Part shown: piece after piece, positions 50,051 through 64,000 of the stretch
Position numbering within the stretch: the stretch's first letter is position 1
Layout: every line of letters begins with the position of its first letter
Assembly: GCA_002269645.1 (NCBI GenBank)
Contig: NIVC01000876.1
Span: 186,001-250,000, forward strand
Origin: Macrostomum lignano
Taxonomy: Eukaryota
Direction: 5' to 3'
DNA length: 64,000 bases
Program-made: the position numbers and the translations under genes
Notes under the pieces: model-generated
The model's database searches: none
The model's input: only the letters and a program-made list of their open reading frames with translations
Told to the model about the DNA's origin: nothing

Positions 50051-53000
50051 CAAGGCATTTGTACCTAATCGGATCCAGCTCAGAACCGAGCATCTGTCAC
50101 CTAAAAGCGCCATTATAAACTGGTTACTCAGCACCTAATTAATGCCTGCCTGCTGCTATTTGAAAGGCCAGCCCAGCCCAACTGGAGTACAACGAGTTTG
50201 CGCCAAACAAACTCAAGAAATCGCCACTTCTAAAACAAAAAAGCACTGTGAGTCACTGCTATGCCCAGCGAATTACAGATGTGGCCGTGGGTTTATTGAG
50301 CTCAAACTCTGAGTGGCCCGGCCAGTCCTGCAGCTACGCCCCGGTTTTCCTCACCCTCTCATTGGTCCGCGAGCGGTCAGCGGCCTTTCAAGTTGACTCT
50401 CGTGTGCTTATTACTGCAGTCTGGGGACTGCTCGAGGTCGCCAACCCCCCTGCCTACTGTCGAGTTATTCGGTGACCCCCGCTACAGCTGACAAGGGACT
50501 CTGACTGTACATTAAGTGCCGACAGCCGCTCAGAAACATCTGCTGTCTTTCTTCTGTAGCGGATGCTGCTCTGCTAAAAGCAGCAGACGTGTGCAAGCTG
50601 CAAGGTGAGACTGCGATTTCTACTGTTGCGGGGTTTCACACAATGGATCTTCGGGTTACTGGAGACTCCGCCTTGAGGCTGCTTCAGAGTTTGTTGCTAT
50701 GCAAGAGGCTGCAGCGTGTGGGGGTCTTCTTTTAGCTTCGGATAAAAGCAGCTCGCGAGCTTGAAAGCCTCTCCTGCTTTTTCTGCTTTTGCAACAATAG
50801 GCCCAGCATTTCCTCAACAGTTGCCCCCAAAACGCATTCGCAGTTGTCTTCGCCTGGCAAGCGAAAAAAAAATTGTCGGTTGAGTCGCAGCTGAGTAAGG
50901 GCTCAGGGGAGGGTGACGCCTCGCGCTGACTTCTCATGCGAGAACTCCAGCATCCTGCAGCAGCCGGGCTGGACCCTGAACAATGGGGGGGGGGGCTGAG
51001 GAACTGGGTTGAAATTTTCTAAGAAATCCAGTTTTCAGCCAGCTCAGGTGAGCTCAGAGGCTTAAAACGTTGGTGGCCCATCTCACTCTCTGTCTCCCCT
51101 GTCAGCCTCTCTCTCTCTCTCTCTCTCACTTGATCAGGCGAGGTGCTTTCAAGCATGACCACCCAGGGGCGGACCTGTGGGCTCCCAACAGCCATTCACT
51201 GCGGGAGAAATTTCAGCAGCTTTACAGCAAATAAGATTGTGTGACAGCAGGTTGCCTTTCAATTTTTGAAAGTGCACCAGCACCTGAAGGCTCTCGATAG
51301 GAAATAATAGGAAGGATGGGGGCTGCTGCTGTGACGGAGTGGTTGCTCAGCGGGCTACGTCGACAAATCGAGAGACTGACGGAGCCGGAGGAGGAGGAAC
51401 TTCTTCAGTTTGTCTACCTCGGCTCCCAGCCAGGTTCAACGTCCACGAGGATCTGTGGAGGCAGCTCTGCAGTAGTCCGAGGCCCTTACCGCCCTGCGGT
51501 CTGGAGGTCCGGTGCACTACTGCAAATTTCAAGCAGCCAGTCTGACAATCGATAACCCTGGTTTGACTTTCTTAGCCTGTGAGCCGCCTGCTGACTTTCT
51601 GCTGCTCTGCCGCTGCTTCTCCCCCGGACAAGCGGCAGACGCTCCGCCCACCGAAGTCCCCGCGCGCGCGGTGCAGTGCGCTGTCAGCTGTTGCCAAAAC
51701 ACTAAAAGAAAACTGTTGCTTCTAGGAGCAGAAGAGAGACGGGGGGGGCAGATTAGTGTCATACTTTATAAAACTTTTCTTTGCTACTTCTTAATCTAGT
51801 CTCCTTAGTCCGTGCACCAGTTCAAGGGAAGACAGGAGCCAACAGGAACTTCTTCGGGTGCATTAAACACCCCCCCGCCAAGGATGCCCTCCGTGTCAAG
51901 TTGGCATTTTTGGTCCAGCAATCTGACGCAATCAATCATGTCAGTCCATTGTCGCTGCTTGGCCGGGTTTCCCTGACGTGGCGTGGCGTACGCGAGTTGG
52001 CAGTCGGTGGGGTCACGGGGGTTCAACCCTCCATCCTTCCCTGTCTGTGCATCGTGGAGAATCGGTAGAGCAGGACTTGACGTGTTGAGGCCAGACAGCT
52101 ACAATCCCGCACCGCATTTGCTTTCTAAAAGGGCTTGGCGGCGGTGCTCACGCTGTGTTTTACCTTGGCCTGAAAGGAATCTGTCTGAGCCTACCCCTCC
52201 CTCCTCAGCCCCAGTTCGACCTTCCAGGAAGGGAGGTCGCGTCCTGGGCGAGGCTGCTTGTCAGGGGAACAAAAAGGTTGCCAGCTACCAAAATAATGCG
52301 GACTGGGCCCAGATAAGAGACCAGAAAGAGGGGGTGGCCCGGCTGCTGCTGCCGCGGAGGGGAAGGCAGCGGGAGTAGGTGTTACGTAAGAGCCCAAGGG
52401 CAATGGCGGGTGTGTATTGGCAGAGCGCAGTTGTTCTGGATACAGACCGGAGCCCAGAGGGTCGGGTCGTTTCTGTCAGCTGCTCCCGCTCTCTCCCCCC
52501 TTATTGCTTGTGCTGCAAATTTTTCTCTCATTGGGGAGGACAATTGCAAATCGGATTCTTGTCTGTCTTGCGAAATCCCAGAGGGGCCGGCAGTCCCCCG
52601 AGGTGGTGCCGATTGCGCAACGCAGCTCCGTGCTCGGGGGTACGCGTAATTCCCGCCCTGGTCAATCGGTCCGGTCCGTCCTGCGTTGTTTTTAGCGCAA
52701 AAGAAAAACAATTTGTGCCGAGAGTTTTTGACAGCTAGAAATTTTCGGCAGACTTCACTTTCTTTTTCACTTTTTTTCGCAACTCTCAGCACACTTCAGT
52801 TGCGGCTGTCGGAAATCTTAGCCGAGCTTTATTCAACTCTTAGAGGTCTTCTCGATCCCGATTTTCCGGCAACAAAGTTTTAATGACAAAGACGGAAAAA
52901 TAAAAATATTAACAAAGAAATGAAATGCTGTGGGAGCCTTCAGGTTTGGACCAATTTCTGTCGAGTGGTTGCGCAATCAAGGCGCTGCCGCACCAACCTG

Positions 53001-53255
53001 CGCTCCAACGCCTTCGCGGTTGAGAAAGTGGAGAAAGGAGTTGCTCAGAAGAGTGAAACAAGAAACTTACTGTTGTTTGAGCTCTGTCTGCCGAGAGCGG
53101 CAAGTTAAATCGGGGAGCTCTTCAAGGTTAATTAAATGAAAGCAGCGGCACTGAAGACTATCGACTCCACACTGAGCAAACTTATGGGTCAATCAGGGCA
53201 TTCCAGACATTTCAGGAAATAAAAAATTGGATTTTTTGTTCCTGAGGTCTTACGG

Positions 53256-53420
53256 GTGCTCACATAGGGTGTAACAGCGGCCCTGACTTTCTCATCGTCA
53301 GGCATTTACACTGGGGTTGGTCCTCGTGGGTTGTAAATTGCACGACAAACCACCGGCTGAAATGAAAGTAGCCATTCGATAGCCAGGAATCGAACCCAGG
53401 GGTCGTGGAAGCTTCGAGTC
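53256..53420 (-). mobile_element. tRNA-derived SINE (copy 2), 5'-eroded
   Basis: B-box GGTTCGATTCC on minus (53396-53386); 3' body and tail match copy 1. Confidence 0.55.
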
Positions 53421-53444
53421 CTGCAAAACGAATCTCCAGTCCCC

Positions 53445-54180
53445 CCGACATGTATCAAACTAGCATTGTTAATCCCTAGCCCACCCGATATGTATCGAAA
53501 TTAACTTTGTTAATCCCCAGCCCACCCGAAATGTATCGAAACTAACATTGTTAATCCCCAGCCCACCCGAAATGTATCGAAACTAACATTGCTAATCCCT
53601 AGCCCACCCGAAATGTATCGAAACTAACATTGTTAATCGCCAGCCCACCCGATATGTATCGAAATTAACTTTGTTAATCCCCAGCCCACCCGAAATGTAT
53701 CGAAACTAACATTGTTAATCCCCAGCCCACCCGAAATGTATCGAAACTAACATTGCTAATCCCTAGCCCACCCGACATGTATCGAAACTAACATTGTTAA
53801 TCCCCACCCCACCCGACATGTATCGAAACTAACATTGTTAATCCCCAGCCTACCCGACATGTATCGAAACTAACATTGTTAATCCCCACCCCACCCGACA
53901 TGTATCGAAACTAACATTGTTAATCGCCAGCCCACCCGACATGTATCGAAACTAACATTGTTAATCCCCACCCCACCCGACATGTATCGAAACTAACATT
54001 GTTAATCCCCAGCCTACCCGACATGTATCGAAACTAACATTGTTAATCCCCAGCCTACCCGATATGTATCGAAACTAACATTGTTAATCCCCACCCCACC
54101 CGACATGTATCGAAACTAACATTGTTAATCCCTAGCCCACCCGACATGTATCGAAACTTACATTGTTAATCGCCAGCCCA
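53445..54180. repeat. 41-bp minisatellite, about 18 copies
   Basis: CCCACCCGAAATGTATCGAAACTAACATTGTTAATCCCCAG. Confidence 0.96.
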
Positions 54181-54721
54181 AGCGGGTTACGCAATACAGG
54201 AGGAAAAACTCTCGACTGGAGAAAAAACGGATGAAGATTGAAAGAAAGCGAGAGGGAAAAATCAAAGCGATTGCGGCCGGTCCTGGGGATAAAAATGCTT
54301 AGGGAATTATGGCCGGCACGGATCCGCCTCCGCCCCCCAGCCGTCTCCTCAGTCTCCGTGTCCGCGCGATCAATAAATAATCAGATTACATCATCACTGC
54401 CGCCCTTGTGGGGGAAAATCGGTAAGGAGGGCCGGCCGCGACTGACTGGCGCAGGGAAAGTGGAGGAGCAACGCCTCATGGCGGGCCCTTTTGAATTGGG
54501 GATTTCCTCAGCTTTTATCTTCCCCTCTCTTGCCTGCCGCCGAATTAGCGCTGCGGGGTTGGAGGCTCTGAGCCTGGTCACGGATGCTCAGCTTTTTATC
54601 TGCTCATCGGACGCAGCCGCGGGGTCATTACCGACTTTACCTGCCTGCTGTGGCTTGCTGGTTGCGGACTGCCGGGTCTCTCACATCCCTGTTGGCTCTT
54701 GAATTTTAATTTATCTTCTTT

Positions 54722-56148
54722 TCTGTCTGATTCCCCTTCCCTCAGTCTAATTCCTCTTCCCCCTGTCTGATTCCCCTTCCCCCAGTCTAATTCCTCTTCC
54801 CCCGTCTGATTCCCCTTCCCCCAGTCTAATTCCCCTTCCCCCGTCTGATTCCCCTTCCCCCAGTCTAATTCCCCTTCCCCCCGTCTGATTCCCCTTCCCC
54901 CAGTCTAATTTCCCTTCCCCCTGTCTGATTCTCCTTCCCCCAGTCTAATTTCCCTTCCCCCTGTCTGATTCCCCTTCCCCCAGTCTTATTCCCCTTCCCC
55001 CTGTCTGATTCCCCTTCCCCCAGTCTAATTCCCCTTCCCCCTGTCTGATTCCCCTTTCCCTAGTCTAATTCCCCTTCCACTCTGTCTGATTCCCTTCCCC
55101 CGTCTGATTCCCCTTCCCCTCTGTCTGATTCCCCTTCCCCCAGTCTTATTCCCCTTCCCCCTGTCTGATTCCCCTTCCCCCAGTCTAATTCCCCTTCCCC
55201 CTGTCTGATTCCCCTTTCCCTAGTCTAATTCCCCTTCCCCCTGTCTGATTCCCCTTCCCCCAGTCTAATTCCCCTTCCCCTCTGTCTGATTCCCCTTCCC
55301 CCAGTCTAATTCCCCTTCCCCTCTGTCTGATTCCCCTTCCCCCAGTCTAATTCCCCTTCCACTCTGTCTGATTCCCTTCCCCCGTCTGATTCCCCTTCCC
55401 CTCTGTCTGATTCCCCTTCCCCCAGTCTTATTCCCCTTCCCCCTGTCTGATTCCCCTTTCCCTAGTCTAATTCCCCTTCCACTCTGTCTGATTCCCTTCC
55501 CCCGTCTGATTCCCCTTCCCCCAGTCTAATTCCCCTTCCCCTCTGTCTGATTCCCCTTCCCCCAGTCTAATTCTCCTTCCACTCTGTCTGATTCCCTTCC
55601 CCCCTGTCTGATTCCCCCTCCACTCTGCCTGATTCCCCTTCCACTCTGTCTGATTCCCCTTCCCCCTGTCTAATTCCCCCTCCGCTCTGTCTGATTCCCC
55701 TTCCCCCTGTCTAATTTCCCTTCCCTCTGTCTGATTCCCCTTCCCAATGTCTGATTCCCCTTCTACTCTGTCTGATTCCCCTTCCCCTCTGTCTGATTCC
55801 CCCTTCCCTCTGTCTGATTCCCCCTCCACTCTGTCTGATTCCCCGTTCCCCTCTGTCTGATTCCCCGTTCCCCTCTGTCTGATTCCCCGTTCCCCTCTGT
55901 CTGATTGCCCCTTCCCCTCTGTCTGATTCCCCTTCCCCTCTGTCTGATTCCCCCTTTTTCTCTCTGTCTGATTCCCCCTTTTTCTCTCTGTCTGATTCCC
56001 CCTTTTTCTCTCTGTCTGATTCCCCCTTTTTCTCTCTGTCTGATTCCCCTTCCATTCTGTCTGATTCCCCTTCCATTCTGTCTGATTCCCCTTCCCAATG
56101 TCTGATTCCCCTTCCCCTCTGTCTGATTCCCCTTCCATTCTGTCTGAT
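54722..56148. repeat. Approximately 21-bp C-rich minisatellite
   Basis: TCTGTCTGATTCCCCTTCCCC with alternating variants. Confidence 0.95.
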
Positions 56149-56584
56149 ACCTCACACTGTCTGATGGTGCTATTTTTTACCAGTTTACAGACAGAATTCT
56201 GGAAGCACTTCCACAGCAAAGCCCCGCAAGTCTCAGCTACTGCTTACTGGAAGGGAGTTTGGCCGGCAGATCTCTGTACAGAATGGCTGCAACTCTTTTA
56301 AATTCATTGGAGCGGAAAAGCGGAGTTCAGTGCGTCTCGAAAAAATGTCGTCTTTCATTTTTTCTGCTCGAAGAATCGAGCCGGCAGGTCCTGCAGGTGC
56401 TGCAGTTTCAGCTGAAAGTTCGTGCGGCGGCTGCGCTGCTTCCGGTGGCCCCCGTATGGACTTGAAAATTCGAGCTGAACTCGGTTGCTACCCGACCGTG
56501 CGGAGTTGGCCTGGTTCCGGGCTGTCTCCGCGTCCTGATTCTTCAGTCTGTGCTCCCCGCTCCTCTCCGCTCATCTCCCGCCTC

Positions 56585-57380
56585 TCCCTCTAACCCTGCC
56601 TCTTCCTCTCTACCATCTCTCCTCTCCTCTCTCCTCTCTCCTCTCTCTCCTCTCCACTCTCTCCTCTCTCCCCTCTCCTCTCTCCTCTCTCCTCTCTCCT
56701 CTCTCCTCTCTCCTCTCCCCCTTCTCTCCTCTCTCCTCTCCTCTCTCCTCTCTCCTCTCTCTCCTCTCCACTCTCCTCTCTCCTCTCTCCTCTCTCCTCT
56801 CTCCTCTCTCCTCTCCCCCTTCTCTCCTCTCTCCTCTCTCCCCTCTCTCCTCTCTCCTCTCCTCTCTCCTCTCCTCTCTCCTCTCCTCTCTCCCCTCTCC
56901 CTTCTCTCCTCTCTCCTCTCTCCCCTCTCTCCTCTCTCCTCTCCTCTCTCCTCTCCTCTCTCCTCTCCTCTCTCCCCTCTCCCTTCTCTCCTCTCCTCTC
57001 TCTCGTCTCTCCTCTCTCCCTCTCTCCTCTCCTCTCCTCTCTCCCCTCTCCCCTCTCTCCTCTCCCCCTTCTCTCCTCTCCTCTCTCTCCTCTCTCCTCT
57101 CTCTCCTCTCCACTCTCCTCTCTCCTCTCTCCTCTCTCCTCTCTCCTCTCCCCCTTCTTTCCTCTCTCCCCTCTCTCCTCTCTCCTCTCCTCTCTCCCCT
57201 CTCCCCTCTCTCCTCTCCTCTCTCTCCTCTCTCCTCTCTCCCCTCTCTCCTCTCTCCTCTCCTCTCTCCCCTCTCCCCTCTCTCCTCTCCTCTCTCCTCT
57301 CTCCCCTCTCTCCTCTCCTCTCTCCCCTCTCCCCTCTCTCCTCTCTCCTCTCTCCCCTCTCCCCTCCCCTCTCCTCTCCG
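56585..57380. repeat. CT-only polypyrimidine array
   Basis: (CTCTC)n-like. Confidence 0.93.
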
Positions 57381-58189
57381 CAAAGCCTATCCAACCCTCT
57401 TTCTTCTCCTGTTTTAATTTAAATAATTTTTTAATTGATTATTTCCGTCATTTCAGTAGGAAATCTTCAAGGGACAAAACAGTCACTTATGGAAAACTAA
57501 TTTCGACAAAACAGTTGAACTAGTGAGGGGGCGGCGCCACATTCTCCGGCAATGAAATCGAAATGAACAATGGCAGAAGAAGAGAACAGAGAGCAGTGGG
57601 CGGAGTGAGTCTTTCCCAAAGGCAGCTCAACAGCCATTCGCTCCTCTCGAAGCACTTGAGTCTCGGGTGTTGATTCAGTGCTGGCACTGTGTGTTTCTGC
57701 TCCTAGGATCAATATTTGCATGTTTGACACGAGCCGCGCATGCAGAGCGGCAGCTCGTCTCTCTTATCCTTCTGCCGCAAGCTATGCTAAGGTAGACACG
57801 GAAACAACACACGGAGGTGAGAAGAGGATTTCTTAAAGGGCTTTCCCTCCACCCCCAGAAAACTCGCTCTCACTTCTGAGACCGCAGCCGCCCTGTGAGA
57901 CTCAGCCAGGAGTGCCGGAGTGGTGGGAGTGCGCGGCTGCAGCAGAGTGCACCCTGCCTGATCAATATTTGCACCGGGGATGGCAGCTTAAAGCAACAGC
58001 CAGCTGGGAAGCCTCTGGGCCTCGTCTGGACTCCCCACATGGGACGGTTGCTCATCAATAACCGATTAATTGTTAGCAATGGCACCCTTGCGGCTCTGCT
58101 CTGATGCGATGTGTGATGGGGCTTCCGTAGGCTGCAGTGCGTGAGATTTCTGATGAAATTTTGGATCAACTTTCTATAGACCTGATGCC

Positions 58190-58960
58190 ATAGATATTGT
58201 ACCGATAGATCCGTTGTGTCTATAGATCTAATACCGATAGATCCTCTTTGTCTATAGATCTAGTACCGATAGATCCAGTGTGTCTATAGATCTAGTACCG
58301 ATAGATCCAGTGTGTCTATAGATCTAGTACCGATAGATCCAGTGTGTCTATAGATCTAGTACCGATAGATCCAGTGTGTCTATAGATCTAGTACCGATAG
58401 ATCCAGTGTGTCTATCGATCTAGTACCGATAGATCCTCTTTGTCTATAGATCTAGTACCGATAGATCCAGTGTGTCTATAGATCTAGTACCGATAGATCC
58501 AGTGTGTCTATAGATCTAGTACCGATAGATCCAGTGTGTCTATAGATCTAGTACCGATAGATCCAGTGTGTCTATAGATCTAGTACCGATAGATCCAGTG
58601 TGTCTATCGATCTAGTACCGATAGATCCAGTGTGTCTATCGATCTAGTACCGATAGATCCAGTGTGTCTATAGATCTAGTACCGATAGATCCAGTGTGTC
58701 TATAGATCTAGTACCGATAGATCCAGTGTGTCTATAGATCTAGTACCGATAGATCCAGTGTGTTTATAGATCTAGTACCGATTGATCTATAGTGTCTATA
58801 GATCTAGTACCGATGGATCGATTGTGTCGATAGATCTAGTACCGATGGATCGATTGTGTCGATAGATCTAGTGCCTATGAATATCTACCTAGCAATCCAT
58901 CGACTATAAGCTGGGTGCTTATAGATTTAGTGATTATAGATCTATTGTGCCTATAGATCT
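58190..58960. repeat. 32-bp palindrome-rich minisatellite (15+17 dimer)
   Basis: ATAGATCTAGTACCG-ATAGATCCAGTGTGTCT. Confidence 0.95.
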
Positions 58961-59549
58961 GCATTCAAAGTACAGCAAATATTTTGATTAATTTTCTGCA
59001 TCTCCAGACTTTCTAAATTCACTCTTGCTTAAAGTAAATGCAGCCCGAGAGCTCCAGGCATTGAATTCTGAGCAGCCTCACCCATCATCCCATCGCCATC
59101 CCCTTTTTGTTGCCATGGAAACCAGACGGAATCATTTCAATCTTCGCTCGACGTTAGAGAGAGTTGCCTTCGCAGATGACATCGAAGCTGAAGCGGGAGG
59201 GGGTTGGGGCTGCCTTGTTTGCGGCCGCAAATCCCCTCTTAAGATCCCATCGGCTCGGATTGAAAGTGAAACGCTGCCGGTTTTCCCTGACATTGGCTTG
59301 GGGATTAAAATCCCCTCCCGAATCTTTTATCCCAGAGATTTCAAAACTTGTATTCGTGCGTATCAGCGAGATTGGTTTGATGAGCACGAGTTTTACCTGC
59401 CTGCGTCTCTCTGATTGCCCCGCTGCGAAATTGACATGACGGAAAACTTGGGGGGGAGGCGCACATGACCTGGATTGGGCTCGACTCGGTGAGGATTTTA
59501 TTCCCAATGAGGTGAACGCCTGTTGCTGATGGAGCGACACTATTTTAGC

Positions 59550-61510
59550 TGAGAAGACACTGAGACAGGCACTGAGACACTGAGACAGACAATGAGACAG
59601 ACACAGAGACAGACACAGAGACAGACACTGAGACAGACACTGAGACAGACACTAAAACAGAAACTGAGACAGACACTGAGACAGACACAGAGACAGACAC
59701 TGAGACAGACACTGAGACAGACACAGAGACAGACACTGAGACAGACACTGAGACAGACACTGAGACAGAAACTGAGACAGACACTGAGACAGACACTAAA
59801 ACAGACACTAAGACAGACACTGAGACAGACACTGAGACACTGAGACAGACAATGAGACAGACACTGAGACAGACACTGAGACAGACACTGAGACAGACAC
59901 TAAGACAGACACTGAGACAGACACTAAGACAGACACTGAGACAGACACTAAAACAGACACTCAGACAGACACTAAGACAGACACTGAGACAGACACTGAG
60001 ACAGACACTAAGACAGACACTGAGACAGACACTAAAACAGACACAGAGACAGACACTGAGACAGACACAGAGACAGACACTGAGACAGACACTAAGACAG
60101 ACACTGAGACAGACACTAAAACAGACACTAAGACAGACACTAAGACAGACACTGAGACAGACACAGAGACAGACACTGAGACAGACACTGAGACAGACAC
60201 TGAGACAGAAATTGAGACAGACACTGAGACAGACACAGAGACAGACACTAAGACAGACACTGAGACAGACACTGAGACACTGAGACAGACAATGAGACAG
60301 ACACTGAGACAGACACTGAGACAGACACTGAGACAGACACTAAGACAGACACTGAGACAGACACTAAGACAGACACAGAGACAGACACTAAAACAGACAC
60401 TAAGACAGACACTAAGACAGACACTGAGACAGACACTGAGACAGACACTGAGACAGACACTGAGACAGACACTGAGACAGAAACTGAGACAGACACAGAG
60501 ACAGACACAGAGACAGACACTGAGACAGACACTGAGACAGACACTAAGACAGACACTGAGACAGACACTAAGACAGACACTGAGACAGACACTAAAACAG
60601 ACACTAAGACAGACACTGAGACAGACACTGAGACACTGAGACAGACAATGAGACAGACACTGAGACAGACACTGAGACAGACACTGAGACAGACACTGAG
60701 ACAGACACTAAGACAGACACTGAGACAGACACTAAGACAGACACTGAGACAGACACTAAAACAGACACTAAGACAGACACTGAGACAGACACTGAGACAC
60801 TGAGACAGACAATGAGACAGACACTGAGACAGACACTGAGACAGACACTGAGACAAACACTAAGACAGACACTGAGACAGACACTGAGACAGACACTGAG
60901 ACAGACACTGAGACAGACACTGAGACAGAAACTGAGACAGACACAGAGACAGACACTGAGACAGACACTGAGACAGACACTGAGACAGACACTAAGACAG
61001 ACACTGAGACAGACACTAAGACAGACACTGAGACAGACACTAAAACAGACACTAAGACAGACACTGAGACAGACACTGAGACAGACACTAAGACAGACAC
61101 TGAGACAAACACTAAGACAGACACTGAGACAGACACTAAGACAGACACTGAGACAGACACTAAAACAGACACTAAGACAGACACTAAGACAGACACTGAG
61201 ACAGACACAGAGACAGACACTGAGACAGACACTGAGACACTGAGACAGACAATGAGACAGACACTGAGACAGACACTGAGACAGACACTGAGACAAACAC
61301 TAAGACAGACACTGAGACAGACACTAAGACAGACACTGAGACAGACACTAAAACAGACACTAAGACAGACACTAAGACAGACACTGAGACAGACACAGAG
61401 ACAGACACTGAGACAGACACTGAGACAGACACTGAGACAGAAACTGAGACAGACACTGAGACAGACACAGAGACAGACACAGAGACAGACACTGAGACAG
61501 ACACTGAGAC
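59550..61510. repeat. 12-bp minisatellite with block-level duplications
   Basis: GAGACAGACACT; a marker variant CTGAGACACTGAGACAGACAATGAG recurs six times. Confidence 0.97.
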
Positions 61511-62187
61511 AGTCGCAGCCCCGGCAGAAGACGCTGTGAGCTGACAGTCACTGAGTCCCCCAGTATACTTGGCCAGCCATGCGTGCAGCAGACCACAATG
61601 GCTGCCGCTCGCCTTTCATTCAAAGCTCAACAACAAAAGCCCAGACAAAAACATCAGACACTTGACTCAACGCGAGCTCTCAGTTCTCATCACGGCTGTC
61701 GGGGGGATTAGCGACACACCGAACCCGCCCCGGATTCCGCCAGCGGTTGCGCAAACCGCCCGACACCAGATGGTGCGCCGGCTAGCGCTCACCGCGGGGC
61801 GTCGCTCGCAGAGTTGATGATGACGCTGAGTGCGGGAGGCTGGGCTGAGCTGAGCTGAGTTCATCGTTTCGCTCAAAGTGGCGCACAAGATGAGCCGCCC
61901 GGAGCCCCGAGGCGGCGGCGGCGGACTCGTCCCGGCCATCAGCTTCCGCTCTGATGCGCTCGGAAGCCCCGCGCTGTGACGCCTCCTCGCCTAACATCGT
62001 CGCGAAGCCACTTGTGGGCTACTCGGCGAGGGCCAATTATGCCCGGCTTTGGATGGGCGAATGGAGGGCGACAGGGGTCAGCGCTGGAGAGGGGACAGAT
62101 GGCAGCTGCAATGCCGAATATTATATCGAGTAGGGCGGGATGCTAACTTGGTGTGACAGAGACTCGGAAATGCTCGGTGTAATTGAT

Positions 62188-62745
<558 letters not shown>

Positions 62746-64000
62746 AGCAGGTGCACGAATCTGCTCTCAAAGAGATGGCAAATCATTTGAAAATAGATAT
62801 CCGAGTCACGAATGATTGAAACGGCTTAATTATGAAATGCAGGTTTTCAAAATCAGTGAATTGGAAAAGCGGAAATGCGGACACACCCAGTCTGCTTGTC
62901 TGCTTGTGGATTAAAACAAAATTGATGTCATTTTAAACAAAAAATTTGCCGTCAAAAATTGCTGTTTTGTATTCCTTTATTCTGGGCGTTGTCCCCGGGT
63001 TGCCTATCTCCCATTGTTTAGTCTCCCCTCTCAGCGCTGTGTCCGGATTTCAGCTCGACCAGAAAATGCAGAATCTGTTGACCAACTCGCCGCCCCGGCT
63101 GCTCGACATCAATTAAATGATTTTACGAGCGAATCTGCATGCACGGGGTGACCCGCAAAAAAGTAGCCATTTAACTGTAAACTGTGGCCGTCATAAAATG
63201 TCTGGGGGGGGGGTTGCAGCCATAAACATGACCGGCCGCTTAATGAGGATGTTTAATGGGAGGCTGGGCAGCGGATTTCCTGTAATTTTCAGGGGAAAAA
63301 ATCCCAATAAAATAGTCATTCAAGAGTCTGAGCTGTCCAGGTGTGAAAATAAGAAACTGCAACAGCCCCAGTTCGCTCCATCAATCAGTGGCTGCTGCAC
63401 GGGGTCGGTCATGATGGATGAGGACCAGAAAGACCAGAAGCAAAAACGTGGCGCGCAAATGAAGAAACAAGGCGACCCACAAGGCGGGTCGATGGACACC
63501 GGAGTGACAGCTCGTCTTTGTGCGCGAACCTCTCGCGGTTTCAAATATCTATCGATACTCCACTGGGTTTGCAACAAAAAAGTAACGAGATAACAGACTG
63601 GGGGGGGGGCGGAATATTGAAACCCGCGACCTGCTTGGCAACTGAAACCAGGGAGACACCAAAATCTGAGCCCAGAGTTTGATGATGAAGACAACAAGAA
63701 ATTGAAAGGAACAAAATCACCGCCCCACCCCACAGGTGGTCTCACGATTTCAATCATCACTGATTCAACCGCCACTTCCGTGAGGAGGCGGTGCGCTTCC
63801 ATCCGAATTTGCGGGGAGCAAAGCGGAACCGGCTATCCCGCCATTATTGGCGATGGCATCACTCCAGCTTCCATCATCTGCACCTCTTTCCAGACGTCCA
63901 AGTCCTCATTAGCAACGCTTTGAACCTCCCGCTGGGGGAGGATGGCTGGCCTGACCCCTGCCTTGGACCAGCGGTCCTCTGTCAATCTTCGGGCAGCTGC

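Noticed and set aside
51316-51555. 79-aa ORF with FVYLGS, reminiscent of the LINE RT thumb motif
   Set aside because: Single short motif with no other RT motifs in frame or nearby.
53285-53310. CTGACGA-TGA-GAAA on minus, resembling a hammerhead core
   Set aside because: No viable stem II, and CCTGAC pairs with GTCAGG as a simple hairpin; no correctly placed stems I and III.

Overview
Intron-containing animal genomic DNA, not prokaryotic. GT-AG introns, TTAGGG tracts, GC3-rich genes and a very high load of distinct minisatellites resemble the flatworm Macrostomum lignano (inference only). I reconstructed four spliced genes by hand, all with phase-consistent splice sites. (1) Minus strand 2584 to <1: about 14 ankyrin repeats spliced in frame onto a Mab-21/cGAS-like (cGLR) nucleotidyltransferase with an apparently intact catalytic triad. 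The NTase part is mostly missed by the ORF track and runs off the window edge. This is the top finding. (2) A p24-gamma/TMED7-like cargo receptor. (3) A two-pore-domain K+ channel. (4) Casein kinase 2 alpha. There is also a frameshifted orphan coiled-coil gene, a truncated non-LTR reverse transcriptase, a hAT-type MITE with TSD, a second TIR element, two tRNA-derived SINE copies and two Helitron-like non-autonomous elements. About 35 different micro/minisatellite arrays are present, several visibly derived from short segments of dispersed elements. From about 29 kb to the end I found no supportable gene; most long ORFs there are repeat artefacts.
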